Shown one piece after another: positions 46,364 to 59,027 of a stretch of 64,000 nucleotides of DNA (position 1 is the stretch's first letter; each line of letters starts with the position of its first letter). The stretch lies in assembly GCF_009914755.1 (NCBI RefSeq), contig NC_060926.1, one strand, 5' to 3'. This DNA is from the human T2T-CHM13v2.0 reference genome, Homo sapiens. The notes under the pieces were generated by a model, which ran no database searches, was not told the origin of the DNA, and saw only the letters and a list, made by a program, of their open reading frames with translations. Both the position numbers and the translations under genes were made by a program.

Positions 46364-49259
46364 TCAGGATGGCTCTCTCCAACAATAAGTTGATCCCATA
46401 TTAACTTCAGATGCACAAGTCAGACTGCAGAGTTGGGAGTGTCCTGCTGCTATGGGAGAAAATTAGGTATCCACTAGGCCTCCTTGCCATGTGAAGTCCT
46501 CAGAGAGCATTGCCTTCTGGCAGTAAAGTGGAGAAAATAGCTTACGGCTATATTTAAAAGGTGAATTGTTACATTAAAATTATGTGTACAACATTCACAG
46601 GAGGAAGCAGTCCAGCCCCTTGATATTAGTAGTGGGTCTATCTGAGACAAGCTCTGAGCAGACTCGAGGACCTGCTGGGGGCCTGCTGTGGGGGGTTGGC
46701 AGTAAAGCAGGTGTCAGCAATTAGCATGATTGCCACCTGGCCTGTAAGGATCTCCACTTTCCATAGTGTCTTTGTGTGTCACCTCCCATGCTGTACCAAG
46801 TCATGTCACTTCTTTCTGTCTTGCCCTCACTCTCCTCTGCCCCTTGGAATATGCTTTCTGGAGGACATCAGCCTCCATGTCATGTTCAGCCCTATAGAGA
46901 GGCCTGCGTGGCAAGGAACTGAAGCTTCCTACCAGCAAGTATGTGATCCCCAGCCCCGGTCAAGCACTCAGATGCTACAGCTCCAGCTATAGCTTGATTG
47001 CAATCTTATCAGAGACCCTGAGCCAGCACCACCCACAAAAGCCACTCCCAGATTCCTGACTCAGAAACCTTGTAATAAAAACAGTCGTTATCTCTAGATA
47101 CTCTGTGTTGAGGTTACTCAGCAAGAGATGACTAATAATAATTTTGGTATGTGGAAGTAGAGCACTGCTACAACACATACCTAAAACATGAGTGTCTTTA
47201 GAACCAAGCAGTGGGCACTAGCTGGGAGGCCTTACGGAAAGCATTCACGAAAGCCTAAATTGCTTGGGACAGGCTGTCAGTAGCATTTGAATTTGAGGAG
47301 GTGACTGATAGGGGCATAAAGGAAAGTGAGGAAAATTTGATTGGATGTGAGAGAAAATGGGGTCCTTGTTATGTGGTGGTAGAAAACTGAGCAACACCAC
47401 TGCATGCAGTAATTCAGGAGTTAGGAGATGATTTAATAAACTGGGTGATCTAGCCAAGGATGTTGTTCAAGGCAGAGAGTTGAAGGTACTGCCTGGTGTC
47501 TTCTTATTGCTTATGGTAAAATATGAGAGAAGAGAGATACACTGAAGAGAAAGGAGTCAAAATTTGCTGTTTTTGAAGATTCCCAGCCTCTTCAGATGGC
47601 AATTGATGCTACAATTAAGAAATGGCTTCTGAGCAAAGATCAAACACAGGAAACTCTCAGCAAAGCATAGTTCAGAGATGAAGCCAAGTGTGTGACTGAA
47701 AAATCCTTTGTTAAGACCTCAGAATGATCAAAGATTGTGCCTCTGAATACCATTAAGCCAGACAAAAGGCCCTCTAAAATTTTAAATGTATGCTTCACAG
47801 ATCCTCTCCATTACACAAGAGAGCTTCTACGATGCTTAAGGAAGCTGTTCCTCAGCAGAAATCCAAAATGGAGAAGGACTTACATCGAAGAGAATTGGGG
47901 GTGTCACTTTTGTCTAATGGAGTAAACCCCAGTGAGATTCACATGAGACCCACAATGTTTTTAAGAGACTTACATCACCAGAAACACCTCTAGCTTGGAC
48001 TGACACAGACAGTTCACAAAGAAGAGAGAACTTTGGATCTCTTAAGCAGAAGAAGCTGAAAAACCCATACATAGTACCTGTCATGAAAAAAAATAGATGA
48101 CTCAGAGGTGGGTCCAAGAGCCCAGAAAATGGAATTAAGAGCTATGAAGCTATTGCTGGGCAGTGTAGGACTGAGTCCTGAGCAAGGGACTCCCACCATT
48201 GCCCAGAGGGACTGCTATGGACAATGACTCCCTTTTGCTCCCATTTTCCCTCTTTCAAAACAAGAATGTTTATACAGTTATTCCCTGCCTGTTACACCAA
48301 TGTCAGGTGTGTGCAGGACAGACAGATATCTTGTCTTCTTATGTCACAGGTTTTCAGATTGAGAATTATGTCTGAGGAACTACACCTGAGGAACTTCTTC
48401 AACACTTGGATCTGATTTTGAGAGTAAGATTTCAGACTTTGAGCTGATTCTGTAATGGGGATAAGATTTTGCTGGGGGAGCAAGGGGGAAGATCTAGGTA
48501 GGGCTGGTGTGTCTATCATGCAGAGGAACATGAATCACTGGTGGCCAAAGCATGGGCTGTGGTTGCCAGTCTCTAGGATGACCCCTCCCACGTGTCAGGG
48601 TCAGTCTGTGTGAGCAGAAGACAACAGAAGTGATGGTATGTTACTTCTTTTTTTTTTTTTTTTTTTTTTTTTTGAGACTGTTTCTCACTCTGTTGCCCAG
48701 GCCAGAGTGCACTGGCACAATCTTGGCTCATTGCAACCTCCACCTCCTGGGTTCAAGTGATTCTCCTGCCTCTGTAGCAGGATGAGCCACAGACAAAACC
48801 CCTCAGACACCGAGTTAAAGAAGGAAGGGCTTTATTCGGCCAGGAGCATCGGCGAGACTCAAATCTCAAAAACCGAGCTCCCCGAGTGAGCAATTCATGT
48901 CCCTTTTAAGGGCTTACAACTCTAAGGGAGTCCATGTGAGAGGGTTGTGATCGATCGAGCAAGCAGGGGGTACATGACTGGGGGCTGCATGCACTGGTAA
49001 TTAGAATGGAACAGAACAGGACAGGGATTTTCACAATGATTTTCCATACAATGTCTGGAATCTATAGATAACAGAACCAGTTAGGTCAGGGGTCAATCTT
49101 TAAGCAGGCCTAGGGTGTGGCACCAGGCTGTCTGCCTGTGGATATCATTTCTGCCTTTTAGTTTTTTTACTTCTTCTTTCTTTGGAGGCAGAAATTGGGC
49201 ATAAGACAATATGAGGGGTGGTCTCCTCTCTTATTCCCCCCCTTTGAGAACCTCGCTCA

Positions 49260-51301
49260 TTAGTGGGAGTTCTCACTTTTATTTTCACTACCCGTGTCTT
49301 CTTGCAATACAGATCGATAGTGATTCATATAGTACACTTGTGCTGAAGCATTTTGGTGAACTAAGGTAGTGATTAAACTTTTTATCATTTGAAGAAGTAC
49401 AGGTAGCAAACAAGGGAGCAGTAAGCAGTTTCCTATTACTATTATAACTCTTATTATAAGAGGTTTAAATCTTCTTAGCCGTGGGAACCATTTTCCAAAC
49501 ATGGCCCCAGGATCAAATCCATGCCACACTTGCACGGGCATGTGTGCCAATTTTGTCATATCTCTAACTATGTCTTCAACTCTTTGCCCTTGATTACCTA
49601 TGTGTAGACAGCAATTAGTAAGGTTAAATTTCTGACAGACCCCTCCTTTAGCTGCTAGCAAGTAGTCGAAAGCCAATCTATTTTGATAGATAGCATTTCT
49701 CATCTGAGTTTCTTGCTGGGCCAGAATAGTCAAGGCTCTGCTGGTCTTATTAGTGATTATTTCTAAGACAGCTTGCAACCATATGATTTGGTTGAGCATG
49801 TAAATGGGGGTCTGGTATCCCCACAAGCCATCTTGTGGCCAAGTAGCAGGCCTATGACATTGTATGATTCTCTCAGGGGGCCTTTTATCATCTTTCCAAT
49901 TTCCTATAGCTATGCTTCTCTTTTCACAGGAAGCATAGACAGGGAAGCTCAGGAGTTCGCCTGTCTTTATGGGCAGTGGGAAGAAAGACGATTTAATAGT
50001 GCCAATTGGCCCACTGGTCAGGTAATTTGGCATAAGCTCTATGCCCACATATCCAGTATAATCCAGTGGGGGCTGTCGAGTCCTGGTGGGACTCCGGGTG
50101 GGTCCACACAGTTTTCAACTTTGGGAATTTACTAAAAGGATTTTTCTTAGTGTGGTTTGAACTCCACTAGGAGGCTGTTTTTGTAGTACTATTGTACAGT
50201 TTTTGCCCAAGGCAGCTGAGTCTTCCTATAGGAAGTGTGAAGTCCTTCCCCACTCTTGCTATACAGTATTGTCTAATGATTGAGGCTTTTAGGACCCAGA
50301 AGTTATCAGGGTGATTCTTTTGAGCCAGGAATTCATCAGGAACTGGGTCTGTAGGTACTAATTCTCGGGCTTCCCATGGCCAGTGATCTCCCATTACAGT
50401 TTCTGCACATACATAACATGATGTGACATTGAGAGACTGGGCTACATGCTCGGCTAATTGCAAAAACAAATTTGTTTTTCCTGGAATTTCTGGTACTGGC
50501 ACATTCAGTTCATCATAGAAGGTTTAAAATACTAGCTCAGGAGAGCGTTTATAGACTTCTCAAACCAAGATATTTACTTGAGGATCCAGTCTGGCCCCAT
50601 CGATTCCTAAGGTCACACTCTCCCCTTTTTTCCAGCGAGGATCAAGGGGATTCGTTAGTACTAGCTCTAAGGGGTTACATTTTTGTTTAGTACAGGAAGG
50701 GCCATTTTTTCCTTTCTGAAGGTGGACTGGATCCTTTTCATTTTTTATCCAAGTGGCCCAAATGACACAACAGGAGTATCCACATTCATTTTTCCACAGT
50801 CCTAATTCATGACAAATGTACTTATTTTCGGTCATGTAGTCTTTCCTAGTTAAAAGAGTCATATCCCCTTCCTAACTTTTTGCTATTAATTACAGTGCAG
50901 GCATCAAATTTCAAGGTGACTTGTTTGGGCACCCCTTTTTCTTCTGTTTTGACTAACACTTTACTCATACCATTTATGAGCCCCCACCAGTCCTCAGCCT
51001 TTAATTTTATTTCAAAAACTGTGGTCATGGGAGGCTCAGATAGGTCATAACACACATCAGGTTGGTCATTTCCTGGGCTACATATCTTGTATAGAATAGC
51101 ATTATACAAACAAGTTCTTTTTAGAGTCCCAGTACACCTATAATAACCATAAAATAATAGGACTGTAGCAACTTTTTGTCCTACCTCAGTGACTTGATGT
51201 ATACACTGGGAACAGTCCTCAGTCTGAGGAAGGTCAGTTGAAGTCCTGACTGTACAAGCCCTAATTTTAAGGAACATGAGTCCCGCGATGAGTTTCCTCA
51301 T
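49260..51301 (-). pseudogene. env: HERV-E-type env; SU frameshifted, TM frame open (49260-50048)
   Basis: MRKLIAGLMFLKI signal region; EKR/SIAIG cleavage site; [27 protein letters not shown]; hydrophobic anchor. Confidence 0.9.
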
Positions 51302-51334
51302 GCTTTGGCCATGCGTGGACCAGTCAGCTTCCGG

Positions 51335-51969
51335 GTGTGACTTGAGCAGGGCTTGTTGTCTTCTTCAAAGTCACTTTGCAAGGGTTGGAGAAGCTGCTCC
51401 CATCCACGTACAGCTCCCAGTCTACTGATGTTCCAGGATGGTCTCAGAGGTTGGGCCTACTAGAATAAACTGAGTCCAATACCTCTACACAGTTATGTTC
51501 AACTGGGCTCTCTGATACCAGGAGCAAGGTGGCAGGGTTTAGAATGTTGCAAACTTCAATGGTTATGTGGGGATCTTCACATAGCAAGCTTTGGTACTTG
51601 GTTAATCTAGCATTTGTTAGCCAATGATGTCCTTTGGTATTCATCAAAGTTACCACAGCATGGGGGGCCTTTATATTCAGGTTTTGCCCAAGCGTTAGTT
51701 TATCTGCTTCTTGTGCTAACAGAGTCATTGCTGTCGGGGCCCTTAGACATAGGGGCCAGCCTCTATGTCTAAAACAACTAGAAACCCCGTCTAGTTGTTT
51801 TGAGAGATAGGCCACTGGCCTTGGCCAGGGCCCCACAGTCTGGGTTAAAACTCCAACTGCCATTTCTTCTCTTTCTGACACATAGAGTGTAAAGGGTTTT
51901 GTCAGGTCAGGTAGCTCCAGGGCTGGGGCCGACATGAGTTTTTCTTTTAACTCATGAAAAGCTCATTGC
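51335..51969 (-). pseudogene. pol: pol remnant: RT connection/tether to the start of RNase H, then the extreme integrase C-terminus
   Basis: APALELPDLTKPFTLYV, RPVAYLSKQLD, LTNARLTKYQSLL, LNPATLL, YVDGSS. Confidence 0.9.
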
Positions 51970-53130
51970 TGTTGGTTGTAATAGATGTAGTTTATCTAAT
52001 CTACATTTTTATTAACTGTCACCCACCAAAATATTGACTCAAATCCTGCAGCTATTTGATTTCAAGTTTTAAATTGATCTGGTATTCCCTGTGGGACTCC
52101 AATTGCGTCTCAATAGACTTGAGAGTCGAAAGACCCATAAGGGGCTTCTCTCACTTTATGATGCCTTATTTTTCCTCCCTCTGGTTGATGAAATGCCAGG
52201 GTAAAAGGTATAGCCAATTGGACTAAAGCACAAGTGCCACTCCAATTATTTGGCAGAGTGCCCAGTAAAGGTCCACCATAGTGCCACCACACATCCACTT
52301 GGGGATGAACAAGGGCTGACTGATTGATAAGCTTTTGAAAATGCTTAAGCTCACTGCATCTCTTCAGGTCTCCAAGGAACGCTAAGTTGCCTCCCTGTCG
52401 TGAGAGACACGAAGTGAACTTAGTGTTGGGTGAAAGAGGCTGGATGGCCCTTGGGGGCTGACCTGAAGCGTGCCAGACTTTGGGATATAGCAGGGAGAAC
52501 TTGGCATGACTTATTACTCCAGGCTGTAGAATCCTGGAAAAGAGCTACCATGCAGCCCATGCCTGGTTGACTGGAGGACCACCTTAGTGGAAAGGGGATA
52601 ATCTGGGTCTCTGGCCTGCCATGTGCACAAGCATAACAATTGCTTTTGTTTAACATGCAGATGGAGTATTTGATCCATTCCAACCAGGCATTTGCATCTT
52701 GGTATCCTGTCTTAATTGCCAAAGTTTGTTTTAAGTCTTTAACTTTTATGATCCTCTAGTAAAATGAATGTATGATTTTAGGAAATTACAAAAACTGTTT
52801 GAGGCCATCCATCCTTGCTCTTTAGTGGTCCACAGAACGTTGGACCAACTATGGCATAAAAGCTCTACATTGAGGGGCAAGACTCCTGGTTGACACTGGA
52901 GTCTATATCAAAATTTCCCCAGATTAAATGGTCCTAATTTACTAATGCCTAGTCTGAGGAGAGTCAGGAGGGACAAAGGTACTTTTCTGAAGTAGAGAGC
53001 TGAATTTGACTTGGCAAGTTCCCACAGGGTGTAACAAGGCAAGCATTAAATGCAATAGTTTGAGGTGAAATTGACTTGGTTATGTTAATAACTAGATGGT
53101 CTGCAATAGAGCGAGGAAAGAAGAAAGAGT
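51970..53130 (-). pseudogene. env: Second, partial env (HERV-I/HERVIP10-like SU and TM start)
   Basis: ANAWLEWIKYS...SNCYACAHGRPE; WSGTCALVQLAIPFTLAF; NQIAAGFESIFWWVT...YIYYNQQ. Confidence 0.75.
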
Positions 53131-54711
53131 AATAGAATAGATGAAAGAGTTAATTTTTTTTTAGCTTTAGTTTGGTAGAGTTTTCCCCTGGGACTATGGC
53201 CCACGACGCTGGAGGGGGTGGCGCTTTCTTGACTCGGTTGTGATGAGTCCATCCTTTTTTTGCTGTATGAATAGCAGTCTCGGTGGTTAGCAGCACAAGG
53301 TAGTGTGCTTCCTAGGCTGGCTCGAGTTTCCTTTCTTTTCACCCTTTGATGAGAATGTGATCTTCAGGCTGGTGCTGGTTTACCAGAAATTCTAGGGGTG
53401 GTACATGTGCTAAAAGACTTTTAGTTTTGAGGGAAAGGAAAGTGGAAGATAAATCAAGTATATAATTTTTAACCTTTTGTTTTAAATGTGGGGACATCAG
53501 AAGTGGACTTTATAGTCCTTGGTGCCTTTCTACTGAGAAATTTCCGTTAGCATCTATCTTTATTAGTTTTTGGACCAAAGAAGACAAACACCATTTTATA
53601 TATGACAATGCTTCCTGTATGATTTTTATACCAGAAAATCTAAATTTCACCTTTATATTAGTGTGTTATTAATGTTAAACTTAGTTTTAATAAAACCTTG
53701 TACACATATTTATTCAATTTTTAATGTTGGACCATAAGGTAAGATTTTTATAAACTCTTTTAACCTTTTATAATCTTTGTTAAAGAGCAGGTTAGTGCTT
53801 TAAGCAAAACCCATTGTGTTTTTACTTTAATGTCCAGTTCACAGAAAAACTAGATGACACCCCTTTAACTTTAGCTAATATGTTTACACACAGAATTTTC
53901 TTTACAATTAACGTTTTGAAACTTGCTTAAACCTTTAAAACAAAACTTTTTAACTTTTTAATGTAGGTAAAAATTTACATTCTTATGCCTCCTTATAATC
54001 CCTTTGCCAAAGGTATATTTTATTTTCCTTATACACCTTGCACATAAACTATTATTGCAATAGTTTTACATTCAGGAGGCCTTGTTGCTTTTAAATTATA
54101 CAACATTTCTTGCATAAATTCTTTTTATAACCTTTTTTTTCCACAATTTTCACAGATAATTTTTTGACATGCCTCAACTTTCTGACTTGTTGCAAACATC
54201 CTTTTTTTTTTTTTTTTTTTTTTACTTAGAATACTTCTGAACTGGTGAGCTGCACTCACAATGAAGTTTCCTCTAAAAGTTATTTTTCTACTTTCTTCTG
54301 TAGGCAAAGGAGTTGCCTCTACAGATTGAATGCATTTGGGCCATCCGCTGGTTACTGGGTTAAGGATTTTTGATAGGAAGGCTGCAGGTTGTGAGTGGCC
54401 TCAGTGCTTTCGGGCTATGTCATTGTTTACACTTACAACAAGGTGGTATTGGAGTGTTTTAGGGTCACAGAGAAGACCTTCAATTATCAATTATAGGTTT
54501 TAAATTTACCCTAGCTTTTAAATGAATAGGGTACACTTTTTTTAACTACTTGTATATCTTTCTCTTTCTCTCTTTCTCTTTCTCCTTGACTCCCTCTTTG
54601 TCTCTCTGTCTCTTCCTCTCTCTCTTTGTCCCTTTTCCTCTCTGTCTCTTTTCTCTCTCTCTCCCTGCTGGTCTTTCCTTGCCTCTGCCGGCCACTTATG
54701 CTGCTGTTCTC

Positions 54712-55008
54712 TCAACCACTGTGGGGCGGGGATGGGGTGTCTAAAACCAGCTGTAACCAAGTGTCTATGTACAGGAACTGGTCTGGGTGCCCTGGCTTAC
54801 AGGTTACATTGTGCCATACCTTTGAAACAAGGGACCTGTCTAGGCTTCCTTCTGATGGCCAACCTACCTCTAATGCTGGCCAGTCTATTTCACACAAAGC
54901 TCTAAGTTTTCCTGGTGTCATAGTAACACCGTAATCTCCCTTAAATCCTTTCTTGAAATTTTTCAACATAGTTCCTGGTGGGGTGGGCTTACTTTGTGCC
55001 TGACCCAT
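54712..55008 (-). pseudogene. gag: Gammaretroviral gag matrix fragment
   Basis: MGQAQSK...LCEIDWPALEVGWPSEGSLD...GHPDQFLYIDTW. Confidence 0.9.
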
Positions 55009-55544
55009 GCTTCCTCAAGACAAAACACCACACTCACACCATACACACACCACAAAACAAAGAACAGGTAAAAAGGGCACACACACACTTTTACAGTTTA
55101 TACCAAACCAGAATCAAAACCAAAGTCAGAATATCAAGAAATCCTAGCCAGATCAAAACCAAAACCAAAGTATCAAGCAATCCAAGTCAAGTCAAAAACA
55201 AAAACCAAAAACCAAAGTGCCAGTACAGGCATGTTGTGGGTGATCAGGCCACACTTCCACTCAAATGGAGTGGGCAAGTTCCAAAGACGAGTCTTACTGA
55301 GTTTCAGATGTCTGGACTCCAAATGCCAGTTCCTTCCCGGTGTTCAGCCACTGCATTGATCTTCTGCAGGGGCCTGCCGTGCACCACTCTGGTGAGGCGT
55401 TCCACCGGGGCAAATGCATACCCGGGAGCACTCCCAGGATCCACATTGCCCAAACTGGCCAGAGTTTCCTGCAGGGATGCTCCGCGGGGCAGGCCTAAGC
55501 TGCCTAAGGGGCTGTCTCAACCATCCATCCATTAATCACCTCGC

Positions 55545-55562
55545 TTCTCAGTCAGGGAACCA
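55545..55562 (-). promoter_or_regulatory. Primer-binding site, tRNA-Glu
   Basis: tggttccctgactgagaa, 16/18 to TGGTTCCCTGACCGGGAA, 5 nt from the 5' LTR. Confidence 0.85.
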
Positions 55563-56485
55563 AGAAATGTAGCAGGACAAGCCACAGACAAAACCCCTCA
55601 GACACCAAGTTAAAGAAGGAAGGGCTTTGTTTAGCCAGGAGGGTCGGAAAGACTCATGTCTCAAAAACCGAGCTCCCTGAGTGAGCAATTCCTGTCCCTT
55701 TTAAGGAATTACAACTCTAAGGGGGTCTGCATGAGAGGGTCATGATCGACTGAGCAAGCAGGGGGTAAGTGACTGGGAGCTGCATGCAGTGGTAATCAGA
55801 ACAGAACAGAACAGGACAGGGATTTTCACAGTGCTTTGCCATACAATGTCTGGAATCTATAGATGACATAACCGGTTAGTTCGGGGTCAGTCTTTAACTA
55901 CCAGGCCCAGGGCATGGTGCCAGGCTGTCTGCCTGTGGATTTCATTTCTGCCTTTTAGTTTTTACTTCTTCTTTCTTTGAAGGCAGAAATTAGACATAAG
56001 ACAATATGAGGGGTGGTCTCCTCCCTTACCTCAGCCTCCCAAGTAGCTGGGACTACAGGCATGCACCACCATGCCTGGCTAATTTTTGTATTTTTCGTAG
56101 AGATGAGGTTTCACTCTATTGGCCAGGCTGGCCTCAAACTTCTGACCTCAAGTGATCTGCACACCTTGCCCTCCCAAAGTGGATGCTATGTTACTTCTGA
56201 GACTAGGTTGTAAAGTTAGTGAGGCTTCTGACTGGATTGAGCCAGCCCCAGCTCCCACAGTCACTCATTCTTGGGGAAGCCAGCTGCCATGCGGTGACAG
56301 TCATACAGAGATGTCCACATGGTAAGAAGCGGGGAACTTTTACCCTAGTGGAGCCTTCAGATGATGGAAGCCTACGTCAATACCTTTACTGCAACTTCGT
56401 GAGAGGTCCTACAACAGAACTTCCCAGTTAAGGGACTGCTGGACTGTGACCATCTCAAGCTGTGTGAGATAACAAATGTTCCCTG

Positions 56486-57244
56486 TGAGGAACAAGCTCT
56501 GATTTTTTTATCTTGCCCAAATTCCTACCTAAGGGATCTAGGGAGTCATGCCTTACAAACCATCAATTCTCAACAGATGGGTTTTACTTGAACCTATATA
56601 TTGTGACTTACTTTTTGATCTGACTCTGGCATAATATTATGAGACAAGGAAAAAAATGTTTAACCCCAAAATATATTTCCTTGCCATACTTTGAAATTGC
56701 CCTGCAAATCTCTTGTGGGAAAAATTTACATCCTATAGATAATCCCTTTTCACCTTTGTTTTCCTTCCTTTCTTTCCAGATCCAGGAGGTAATCAACTAA
56801 GACCCAGGCACCCTTTTAGGTCCAATAAGAAACATTTTACAACCTGCTCTCTCTCTGAAGTCTGCTCTCTGAGAGATTCCTCTGCACAATAAAACTTCGT
56901 CTCCACAATCTTTTATCTTAACCTGAATATTCCTTTCCATTGACCCCAGGTCTTCAGATAAACTCAGCCAATTTTCAGCCAGAAAATGTTTAAATTTACC
57001 TATAACCTGGAAGCCCCCTCTTTGAGTTGTCCCGCCTTTCTGAACCAAACCAATGTATTTCTTAAATGTATTTGATTGATGTTTCATGTCTCCCTAAAAT
57101 ACATAAAACCAAGCTGTGCCCCAACAACCTTGGGCACATGTTCTCAGGACCCCCGAGGGCTGTGTCATGGGCCATGGTCGCTCATATTTTGCTCAGAATA
57201 AATCTCTTCAAATATTTTATGGAGTTTGACTCTTTTAATTGTCA
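56486..57244 (+). mobile_element. MER4E-like solo LTR
   Basis: tgaggaacaagctctgattttttt...gagtttgactcttttaattgtca; TSD cctg/cttg. Confidence 0.85.
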
Positions 57245-57378
57245 CTTGTTGACACTCATTGACACTCCAGCTGCTTGGTTTTGGGGATAATCTGATATGC
57301 AGTAATAGTAACAAATACTGGGGGCTAGGTATTACAACCCCTGTCTGGAGGAGTGGACACATATAGAAAAGATGCTTG

Positions 57379-58145
57379 TGTCAAAAAAAAAGTCAAACTC
57401 TGTAAAATATTTGAAGAGATTTATTCTGAGCCAAATATGAGTGACTATGGCCCATGACACAGCCCTAAGGAGGTCCTGAGAACTTGTGCCCAAGGTGGTT
57501 GGGGCACAGCTTGGTTTTATACATTTTAGGGAGGCATGAGACATCAATCAAATACATTTGAGAAATACATTAGTTTGGTTCAGAAATGTGGGACAATTCG
57601 AAGCAGGGGCTTCCAGACTATAGGGACATTTAAACACTTTCTGGTTGACAATTGGTTGAGTTTGTCTAAAGACTTGGAATCAATAGAAAGGAAATGTTCA
57701 GGTTAAGATAAAAGGTAGTGGAGACCAAAGTTCTTTTGAAGTCTCATAGTGGCTGCCTTAGAGACAATAGATGACATAGGTTTCCTATTCAGACCTTGAA
57801 AAGGTGCTAGACTCTCAGTTAATCTCTTCAGGATTGAGAAGGCCTGGAAGAAAAAGATCTAGCTGTATTAATAGAGATTCTTTACAGATGCAAATTTTCC
57901 CCCACAAAGTACAGCTTTGCAGGACCATTTTAAAATAGGGCAAAGAAACATGGTTTGGGGTAAAACATTTTGATTTTCTTACTTGTCATGTAATGTTACA
58001 CCAGAGTCAGATCAAAAAGTAAGTCACAATATACAGGTTCAAATAAAACCCATCTGATGAGAATTGATGGTTTGTATGGCAAGACTCTCCACACCCCTTA
58101 GATAGGAATTTGGGCAAGATAGAAGAAATCAGAACTTAGTCCTCA
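57379..58145 (-). mobile_element. MER4E-like solo LTR, inverted relative to its neighbour
   Basis: Reverse complement starts tgaggactaagttctgatttc; perfect TSD cttg. Confidence 0.88.
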
Positions 58146-59027
58146 CTTGGATCTTCTTTCCAAGTGGAAAAAAGAAAACAGGCAAAGATATATTCCCAGA
58201 TCTGACTGAGAAAGGATACAGTTGTCACTTTTCCTTGAATGTGGCCCAACTGCTATCCAAGTTTCAACAGAAATTACTTCCCTTCAAAACTCTTGAACAT
58301 TCTGAAACCAAACTTCAGAAGAGATGCCAACCTGGGAACAATGTTAAATGAGAGTGAAGTTAGGCATGAAGTGATGGAAGGAGAGGTGGTCTTGGGGTCA
58401 GGAAGCCTGGGTTCAGTCTCAGTCCCTCACTTGTTGGTTTGGCCACACTGACAGTCACAAGGGCAGCTCTGCCTCCCTGCTTGCCTTGCCCATAATGAGA
58501 ATGCAAAGCCTGTGGGTTGATATGAGGATTCAAGGAATGGCTTGATGGTAGGCACCCAGCTGCACTCACTGTTTTCCTGACTATGCCCAAACTGGGGGCA
58601 TCTGATCATGTTAGCCACCTCTCCACCTTGCTCTGCACCTTGCCCTTAACTAATTTCCAGTGTTTCAGGAGGATCTCTTTTATTTTTTTTCTTTTTGGAT
58701 TTAAAGGTATCATTCCTGGGGAAAACCTACCCACCAGCCTTATGAACTCAATTACAGGTCACACTTGGTGGCAATGTAAATTATGCCTAGCACTTACTAG
58801 CTTTTTGTGTATTTGCTGAATGAGTAGATGAATAAATAAATGGATCAGGTAAACAAATGACTCAGTTTGCTTCAGATGTTTTGACTGGTTCCTTACTAAC
58901 CCATATCTAGAAGTAATCACTTATCAGATCAACTTCAGCATTTATTCAGGTTTCACTACTGAACTGGTGAGTAGTGAAGTAAGGCCTAAAAGTTGGGTGT
59001 CTTGCTGTCTAAGGTAGTTCTTTTTCT

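Larger units (their letters stand above)
48773..56028 (-). mobile_element. Harlequin-type (HERV-E-related, LTR2) recombinant provirus
   Basis: 461-bp LTRs at 55568-56028 (5') and 48773-49233 (3'); 4-bp TSD cctc; PBS-Glu; PPT aaagggggggaa 49234-49245. Confidence 0.92.
48648..56181 (-). mobile_element. AluS split by the Harlequin provirus (pieces 48648-48772 and 56029-56181)
   Basis: Pieces rejoin as ...ttctcctgcctc|agcctcccaagtagc...; TSD gatggtatgttacttc (48632) / gatgctatgttacttc (56182). Confidence 0.93.
46780..57319 (+). mobile_element. MLT1 (MLT1F-like) MaLR element: 5' LTR to ~47137, internal ~47138-48557, 3' LTR from 48558 broken by three younger insertions
   Basis: LTR end gagaccctgagccag...gactaata; MLT-int start ttttggtatgtggaagt; second LTR tgtggttgccagtc resumes at 56198 and 57249 and ends gcagtaatagtaacaaatac; 5' boundary approximate. 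Confidence 0.65.
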
